From positions 1,064 to 65,063 of the forward strand of contig CAWAFQ010000015.1 in the NCBI GenBank assembly GCA_963781345.1: a stretch of 64,000 nt of DNA, in the 5' to 3' direction. This DNA is from an uncultured Actinomycetes bacterium. GTDB taxonomy: Bacteria > Actinomycetota > Thermoleophilia > Solirubrobacterales > 70-9. The notes below the pieces were generated by a model that did no database searches, was not told where the DNA came from, and saw only the letters and a list, made by a program, of their open reading frames with translations. A program made the translations under genes and the position numbers. Shown piece after piece: positions 58,088-64,000 of this stretch (its first letter is position 1; every line of letters starts with the position of its first letter).

Positions 58088-60117
58088 GGGCCCTCTCCGA
58101 TATTCAGTTCAACGCTGCGGTACGGCGTCGAGCCGTGGTAGAGCGTTATCAGCAAGGAGCCGGTGGCGGTCGTGATCGGCGGGGCAAGTGTCCGTTGCCA
58201 GCGCCGGTTCGGCCCGAGCCGAACCTGCAGATTCTGGATCGTTCGTCCAGCACGCCTCACGTTGAGGCGGTACGAGGTTGGGCCACCATGGGTCCGGACC
58301 CCCACGGTGACAGGAGGCGTCTTCCCTCGGCCGGCCTTGGCGGGAACCGCCCACAGCGCGGCAAAGACCTGTTGGACCTGCTGCTCCCGTACGCCTTTAG
58401 CCGCGATGGCGATCGACGCGCCCGCGATCGCAAGCGCCGCGATCGAGGCGATCGCGCACAGTGCTCCCGCGGGCGGAGAGATGGAAGGCTGCGCCGTCGC
58501 CTGGGCCGGCACGGCGCCACGCCTGGACAGGGCGACGGCGCTCGCGGCTAGCGTGATTACGAAAAGGAGGACGAGCCACGCACCGCGGTCCAGACCGAGG
58601 GCGATTTGTAGGGTGAGCCCGCCGAGCGCCGAGGCGCTGATGCTGAAGACAAATGAGTAGACGACTCGGTCCGCTTGGCCGATCGTGGTGGGCGGGAAGA
58701 GCGCGGCGGTGAGCGCATAGCCTGGGACGGCAAGGACCAGCGGCATCAGCGCTGCCGCCTGCAACCAATGCGGTGGGGAGACAAGTAATGCGATAACCCC
58801 CATCGCCGCAAGGGCAACGGCGATCGCAAGGTCGAGCCACCGGGCCCGCGCGGGCGTTCTCACGGTAGGGACCCCAGGGATCTGGCGACTGTCTCGTGGT
58901 ACAGCCGCTCTATCTGCGGGCATCACGACCTCCGGTGTGAAGACATGCGCACGCTCACGCGCGTGCCTCTCGATTCGCTCCCGCAGCTCGCGGTCCTCGA
59001 TCAGTCGGGTCATTGCCGCCGCGAGCGCCTCTGTGTCTCCGCCGGGCACCAGCAGTCCCGTCCTACCGTCCTCGATCATGTCTTCCTGCCCACCCGGCCG
59101 AGTGCCGATCATCGCGCGCCCCTTGCTCATCGCTTCGTGAACGACATTGCCGAGAGCCTCGGGCGCCTTCGTCGGGAGGACGCCGAAGAGAGCCCTGTTC
59201 CAGATCGCCATGACCGTCGCATGCGGCACGTCGGTGATCACCGTGACGCTGGGGGGAAACTGCTTCGGGGAGTCTGACATCATCGTCCCGACCATCACCA
59301 GCGGCGGCGGGTTCTGAAGCCTCGCGTAGGCCTCGAACAGCTCATATATGCCCTTGATCTTGCGGAAGCCTCCTACGAACAGGATGAAGGGCTCCTCGGG
59401 TAGTTGAGCCATTACCTGCGGGTCGGGATCTCCGGAATCCTCCTCGTGGAAGTTGGGAATGACAACCGCCGGCGCGCCTGGAACGTGCAGGAAGCGATCG
59501 ACCACCCTCCCGACAAACCGGCTGACTGCGTGGACCGCGGTCGTCTTCCTGCGGAGCACCGGACCGGCCGCGTAGACACCGGCCACCGCGGCCACGCCTT
59601 TGGCTGTTCCGTAGCGCGCCCTAGCGCAATCCAGGCACTTGACTGGAGCCGGCCCCGAGCAGAGCTGGTCCTTGCGAACCAGGGTGCCGACCGCGCAGAC
59701 GTTCCCGTAGTCACGTGCGGACAGCAGGAACGGGACCCTCATGCCCAACAAGCTCACCGCCACTGAGTGCGAGATCCAGCCGTAGGAGTGAACGAGATCG
59801 GGCTTGAACTCCTTGACTAGACGGCGCAGGCGCCAGGCCGCCTCTGGGTCGGGAAAGGGAGGCGGGTTGTGCTTGTAGGGGTCCTCCGACACCCACCGGA
59901 CGCGGCTGCTCAGGTCGCGGACGCGGTAGACGCGAACCCCTTCGTGCTCCTCGAGTGCTTCAGTGCCGTGCTGCCAGGAGGTGGCGATGGCAACGGTGTG
60001 GCCCCGCTCGGAGAGGTGCTTGGCGAGCAGTTCGATACTACGTATGGACCCCCCGATCAGGGGGCGGTAGTAGTCGGTGATGATCAGCGTGCGCAGCGCG
60101 CCGTCCTGGGGCGTCAA
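58084..60117 (-). CDS. GT4-family glycosyltransferase fused to a C-terminal 4-5 TM membrane domain plus a beta-rich tail
   Basis: The N-terminus has LIITDYYRPLIGGSIRS..LSERGH and an E-x7-E-like region (GNVVHEAMSKGRAMIGT). Residues from about 440 onward are hydrophobic helices. Confidence 0.7.
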   Translation of the reverse strand: MTPQDGALRTLIITDYYRPLIGGSIRSIELLAKHLSERGHTVAIATSWQHGTEALEEHEGVRVYRVRDLSSRVRWVSEDPYKHNPPPFPDPEAAWRLRRLVKEFKPDLVHSYGWISHSVAVSLLGMRVPFLLSARDYGNVCAVGTLVRKDQLCSGPAPVKCLDCARARYGTAKGVAAVAGVYAAGPVLRRKTTAVHAVSRFVGRVVDRFLHVPGAPAVVIPNFHEEDSGDPDPQVMAQLPEEPFILFVGGFRKIKGIYELFEAYARLQNPPPLVMVGTMMSDSPKQFPPSVTVITDVPHATVMAIWNRALFGVLPTKAPEALGNVVHEAMSKGRAMIGTRPGGQEDMIEDGRTGLLVPGGDTEALAAAMTRLIEDRELRERIERHARERAHVFTPEVVMPADRAAVPRDSRQIPGVPTVRTPARARWLDLAIAVALAAMGVIALLVSPPHWLQAAALMPLVLAVPGYALTAALFPPTTIGQADRVVYSFVFSISASALGGLTLQIALGLDRGAWLVLLFVITLAASAVALSRRGAVPAQATAQPSISPPAGALCAIASIAALAIAGASIAIAAKGVREQQVQQVFAALWAVPAKAGRGKTPPVTVGVRTHGGPTSYRLNVRRAGRTIQNLQVRLGPNRRWQRTLAPPITTATGSLLITLYHGSTPYRSVELNIGEGP

Positions 60118-61484
60118 CGGAGTGGTGGGGGGGCCGAGCCGAGCTGGGCGTCGCTATCGCGGCGATGCTGCCAGCGGCTTCGCCCGTAGGCGAGGGGGCC
60201 GCAGGCCAGCCCGGCCAGTTCGAGCCGGATCAGCTCTTTCGGATAGTCGCCTTGTCGGTTCTTGTTCTTGTCCGACCTTGCGGAGAGCGCAAACGCAAGA
60301 CCCCCCGGCAGCTTTCGCAAGAGACTCGGTAGAAGGCGCGGGTTCTCCACCACGGACTTTGTCAAGCACGCGCTCAGGCCCAGTCCGTACCCCCACATGC
60401 GTCGCCGGAGCATCCGGTAGTCGCGCGGATGGGCGTGCCAGACGAGCGCCGCCGGCTCGTGCACGACCTGGCTGCCGGAGATCACCACGCGCAGAAGCGC
60501 CTCGATGTCCTCTCCGGCAAGCGTCGGGGTGGGGGGTCCAAGCGCGACGTCGAAGCCGCCGAGGCGCCGGAATTGGTCGCGCCGGAACGCCATGCTGCGT
60601 CCGCTGCCCAATGCACCTGGCGTGAACGGGAAGAGCGGCTGATCCTGAGGCGGGTCGTCGAGGCTGTAGACGCGGGTCTCGAAGCCCCGCTGGAGGCCAC
60701 CGAAGCCCTCAAACCATCGCTCGGTTGGAGTCTCGAGGGCGCCGGGCAGCGTCGGGCCCGAAACAGCGTCGACCCGATCCCCCAGTTCGAAGCCGGCGAT
60801 CAGCGTGGCGAGCCAGTTCGGGTCGACGTCGACGTCGTCGTCGGCGAAGACGACGAATTCGCCGGTTGCTTCCTGCAACCCTTGGTTGCGGCCCCGCGAT
60901 ATTCCGGGCTCCGGTTCCACAACGATGCGTACGGAGGCATCATCAGCGAGATCACCCGGGGCGAAGCTGAGAGGGGGCTCCCCCTCCTCGGGGGTGTCGA
61001 CGATGAGCACGTCATAGCGGTCCCTCGGGTAGCGGCACCCGAGGATCGAGCTGACGGTCCTCAGAACGCGTTGAGGGCGTCCGCGGGTGACGATCACCAC
61101 AGACACCGTCGGGGCTCGCATGAGGACGTCTTCCCGGGCTGCGGCGCAGGCTGGGACATCGGGCCCTGGGATGCCATCGGCTTTGACCCGGGCGCTGGGG
61201 AGCCCGTCCTTGCGCAGATGCTGGGCGACCTCATCACCGAGTTCTCGTTGGATTTGAGCAGCGAGCGCCTCCGCCGGGACGCCGGCTGCCGCCAGCGGCA
61301 CCTCGATCATGCCGAGCGGCCGCCCGTGCAGGCGAACAAGGCAGAGGCAGGACCCGAAGGGATTGCCGCTCTCCGTCTTACCCTCCGGAAGGGGAGCCAG
61401 CGCCGCCCCGATCTCGACATCGTGTACCCGTACCGGCGAGAACTCCGGCGACGGCGGCTCAGTCAGGTGCGCCGCCACTCTCAC
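60114..61484 (-). CDS. GT2-family glycosyltransferase with an N-terminal extension
   Basis: Contains VSVVIVTRGRP, VLIVDT and FADDDVDVD (DxD). The GTG start at 61484 overlaps the upstream stop (GTG 61478 is an alternative). Confidence 0.8.
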   Translation of the reverse strand: MRVAAHLTEPPSPEFSPVRVHDVEIGAALAPLPEGKTESGNPFGSCLCLVRLHGRPLGMIEVPLAAAGVPAEALAAQIQRELGDEVAQHLRKDGLPSARVKADGIPGPDVPACAAAREDVLMRAPTVSVVIVTRGRPQRVLRTVSSILGCRYPRDRYDVLIVDTPEEGEPPLSFAPGDLADDASVRIVVEPEPGISRGRNQGLQEATGEFVVFADDDVDVDPNWLATLIAGFELGDRVDAVSGPTLPGALETPTERWFEGFGGLQRGFETRVYSLDDPPQDQPLFPFTPGALGSGRSMAFRRDQFRRLGGFDVALGPPTPTLAGEDIEALLRVVISGSQVVHEPAALVWHAHPRDYRMLRRRMWGYGLGLSACLTKSVVENPRLLPSLLRKLPGGLAFALSARSDKNKNRQGDYPKELIRLELAGLACGPLAYGRSRWQHRRDSDAQLGSAPPPLR

Positions 61485-62467
61485 TCGTTCCTCGAGCCGG
61501 GTTTGAGTGCCGCGCCGAGTGACGCGGTCAGGAAGCCCGCACCGGTCGAAAGCACGCCGAGAACGATAGCCGCGGCCCGGAGGCCGCCCGCGCGGTCTCC
61601 GGCCAGTAGGTCGCGCAACCCTTTCACCGCTCCGCGCGGCAGGACTATCGCAAGGTGGCGACGCTCGGAGCTGAGGCCGTCGCGTGATCCCACCTGCCGG
61701 GAAAGGTTCGCCTTCCCCGCTCCCTCCTCGAAGCAGCGACGCAGAAAGTAGCCGAGCGAAGCGCGCTCCGGTGTAACGCTGTGGAGAACCCTTGCCCGCG
61801 GTTGGTAAAGCCACACCGCGTCGGGGCGGTGTTGTTTGACGCGGATCGCGAGGTCGGTGTCGTCGGGAACATTGCCGCCTGCCCGCACCACTCCACGCGA
61901 GCGAAGCTCCCGCGGCGCGTCGTCGCTCTCTCCCTCCCGGAATCCGCCGATCTCTGCCAAGACCGACGCCCTCACCGCCATGTTGGCGCCGATCGGGTTC
62001 CTAACGGGTCCCAGCTGCGTGGGCAAGCCCGTGTAGCTGCAGCCGAACACCCAGAAGAACTCCTCGGGGAGCCAGCGGGGTACGGGTCCCTGCCAGAGCG
62101 GGAGCAGCGCACCGCCCGCGCCCACGGTCGTGGGATCGGTGAAGCATCCCCCCAGCTCCCCCAACCACGCCGGCTCCGCGCGCGCATCGTCGTCGATGAA
62201 GGCGACGATCTCGCCCTGCGCCGCGCGTACCCCGGTATTGCGTGCTCCCGCCAAGCCCCGAGAGCGCTGATTGGCAATCACCTTCGCGCTCGGGAACTCC
62301 GCCGTGGCCTTCCGCAACAGGATCGGGTTGTGGTCCACCACGACGATTGCTTCGAACGGCGGGTGGCTTTGGTGGCCGACAGAGTCAAGGCAGGCGGCGA
62401 GGTCGTCCCAGCGCTTCTCGTCGTAGGTCGAGACGACCACCGATGTGGCGGGCTCGCTGGTGGACAT
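61481..62467 (-). CDS. GT2-family glycosyltransferase
   Basis: ATG at 62467 (MSTSEPATSVVVSTYDE). Contains VVVDHNP, GLAGARNTG and FIDDDA. Confidence 0.85.
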   Translation of the reverse strand: MSTSEPATSVVVSTYDEKRWDDLAACLDSVGHQSHPPFEAIVVVDHNPILLRKATAEFPSAKVIANQRSRGLAGARNTGVRAAQGEIVAFIDDDARAEPAWLGELGGCFTDPTTVGAGGALLPLWQGPVPRWLPEEFFWVFGCSYTGLPTQLGPVRNPIGANMAVRASVLAEIGGFREGESDDAPRELRSRGVVRAGGNVPDDTDLAIRVKQHRPDAVWLYQPRARVLHSVTPERASLGYFLRRCFEEGAGKANLSRQVGSRDGLSSERRHLAIVLPRGAVKGLRDLLAGDRAGGLRAAAIVLGVLSTGAGFLTASLGAALKPGSRNE

Positions 62468-62471
62468 CGCC

Positions 62472-63992
62472 TCAGACCTCTGCCGTCTGGGCCGGTTGCG
62501 TCTTCTGCTGGCCATCAGATTCAGGCTTGTGGCGGATCGCCCGGCCGCGACGGGCTTCGCTGAGGATCGTCCCAAGCACGCGGAACCCATCGCGGAAGGT
62601 GTTGAGATTGCTCTGCCCCGAGATGCGGTCGGCCTCATAGCTCGGAACCTCGGTGATCTTCATCCCGGCGTCGGCGATGCGGAGGTTGATCAGGGTCTCG
62701 ACCTCGAAGCCGGGAGTATCCAGTGCGATGAAGGGCAGGCAGCGCGCCCAGAAAGCGTTGTAGCCGTAGCAGAGATCGGTGAAGTGGGTGCCGTGCAGGA
62801 GGTTCGCCGTGCCGCTCAAGAACGTGTTGCCAAAACGGCGCGTTGGCGTGATGTCGGCGCTGCCGCCGCCTGGCAGGAAGCGGGAGCCCTTGGCGAAGTC
62901 AGCACCCGCCTCCAACGCTTCAACGAAGCGCGGGATCTCGGCAGGATCCGCTGAGCCGTCCGCGTCGAGCATTACGACGAGGTTGCCGGTCACTGCGGCG
63001 AAGCCAGTACGGAATGCGTCGCCCTTGCCCCGTCCGTTCTGGCTCAGTACACGGATCCCCGGGTAGGACCGTCGGGCGGCCTCGATGGTGTCATCCTCCG
63101 AATTGGCGTCGACGAGGATCACCTCGTGCAAGTCATCGGGCAGACGGCCCAGGACGTGGCCGATGTTGTTGGCCTCATTCTTCGCCGGCACCACGACGCT
63201 GACCCGCGTCCTGCGATCGCGGCGCCGGTCGGGACCGGTGTGGGGAGCCGAGCCACGGGCGGCGAGCGCTTCGACCTCGATCAGCGGCACACCGCCGACT
63301 TGGCTGGGCCTGGCGGCCGGAGCGTCCAGTAGGTCGAGCGGTCGAGGCAGGAGGCTGACCGGGACGCCGACCGACTTGAACGCGCGAATAGTTTTCAGCA
63401 AGCCATCGTCATCGTCGTGCTGGCTGGAGATGACGACTCGGTCGGCGCCACAGCGCTCGACGACCTCGAGCGCGGCGACCCGGCTGACCGACTTGGAATT
63501 GCCCTCGTTCGGGGGCACGGTGCAGACCACGGTGGCGAACGGTTCAAGCGACTCGAAGGTTCTGAGCCGGTCGGCGGTCGTCTCGTCACCGACCAGCACC
63601 CAGCGCTCCTGCGGTTCGAGGCGCTGTAGTAACGGCGCGCTGATCGTTCGTCCGACGGTGTCGAGCAAAAGGAAGCCGCCCCACAGCGCCAGCTCCGCGC
63701 CGCCGTCGACCGGCATGAGGAGAGACGAGAACCACGCGAACAACGCCGCAGTCAGCAGGCGGATCACGGGCCATGCCATCCCCTCATTGCCGGCAAGCGC
63801 TCCCCGCGACGGACGTGATCCATAGACTCCGAGCGCTCCGCAGACGACCACGAGCAAGAGCGGCGCCAGCGGCAGGGCGGGGAATACTGCGAGGTGGCCG
63901 GCCGCCGCGACGATCGTAAGGGCTGCGGCAGAGGAGAGAAAGTCGATGGTGGGCAGCAGCCACCATCCCGCGCCCCGCCGGGCGCGGGGCAT
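62472..63992 (-). CDS. Membrane protein with a WbaP-like N-terminal module (TM helices plus Rossmann-like domain) fused to a DPM1/GtrB-like GT2 domain
   Basis: The N-terminus has 4 TM helices followed by RWVLVGDETTADRL...ADRVVISS. The C-terminus has VSVVVPAKNE, LVDANSEDDT and MLDADGS, then a GT2 core. Confidence 0.7.
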   Translation of the reverse strand: MPRARRGAGWWLLPTIDFLSSAAALTIVAAAGHLAVFPALPLAPLLLVVVCGALGVYGSRPSRGALAGNEGMAWPVIRLLTAALFAWFSSLLMPVDGGAELALWGGFLLLDTVGRTISAPLLQRLEPQERWVLVGDETTADRLRTFESLEPFATVVCTVPPNEGNSKSVSRVAALEVVERCGADRVVISSQHDDDDGLLKTIRAFKSVGVPVSLLPRPLDLLDAPAARPSQVGGVPLIEVEALAARGSAPHTGPDRRRDRRTRVSVVVPAKNEANNIGHVLGRLPDDLHEVILVDANSEDDTIEAARRSYPGIRVLSQNGRGKGDAFRTGFAAVTGNLVVMLDADGSADPAEIPRFVEALEAGADFAKGSRFLPGGGSADITPTRRFGNTFLSGTANLLHGTHFTDLCYGYNAFWARCLPFIALDTPGFEVETLINLRIADAGMKITEVPSYEADRISGQSNLNTFRDGFRVLGTILSEARRGRAIRHKPESDGQQKTQPAQTAEV

Positions 63993-64000
63993 ACCCCCCA

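Overview
High-GC (about 68-70 % by eye) chromosomal segment from an actinobacterium-like organism. Gene content hints at a deep-branching Actinomycetota lineage such as Thermoleophilia or Rubrobacteria, but that is inference only. Most of the window is housekeeping: uvrC 3' end and rapZ, an ABC-2 exporter, gap-pgk-tpiA-gpmI, padR, tgt, a Ser/Thr kinase operon, an M48 peptidase and rlmH-argS. It also holds System I cytochrome c maturation genes in two blocks (ccmH-ccmG and ccmE-ccmF), secG, lexA with an SOS box, RNase P RNA, a c-di-AMP (ydaO-type) riboswitch ahead of an RlpA-like wall protein, glnA, a PAS-GGDEF protein, a sucCD-like operon, pckG, and tRNA-Gly(CCC) and tRNA-Leu(GAG). Three parts look accessory. 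(i) A lower-GC patch next to tRNA-Gly carries a Fic gene, followed by a tandem pair of secreted proteins that I read as PHM/DBH-like copper monooxygenase cores fused to an amicyanin-like cupredoxin; this is the most interesting candidate. (ii) A DUF559 gene next to tRNA-Leu is framed by tandem repeats and carries a hairpin across its start codon that recurs as an orphan copy 22 kb away. (iii) A roughly 14-kb envelope polysaccharide locus (49.8-64 kb) has three GH26-like paralogs, a CE4 deacetylase, a flippase and glycosyltransferases with unusual domain fusions. At least eight single-nucleotide frame disruptions interrupt otherwise intact genes. Most sit at short G or C runs, which points to sequence-quality indels rather than gene decay. 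Many long ORFs in the track are antisense shadows typical of high-GC DNA. I saw no CRISPR array, transposase, integrase or rRNA. All calls come from reading the translations and DNA by eye; no database search was run.
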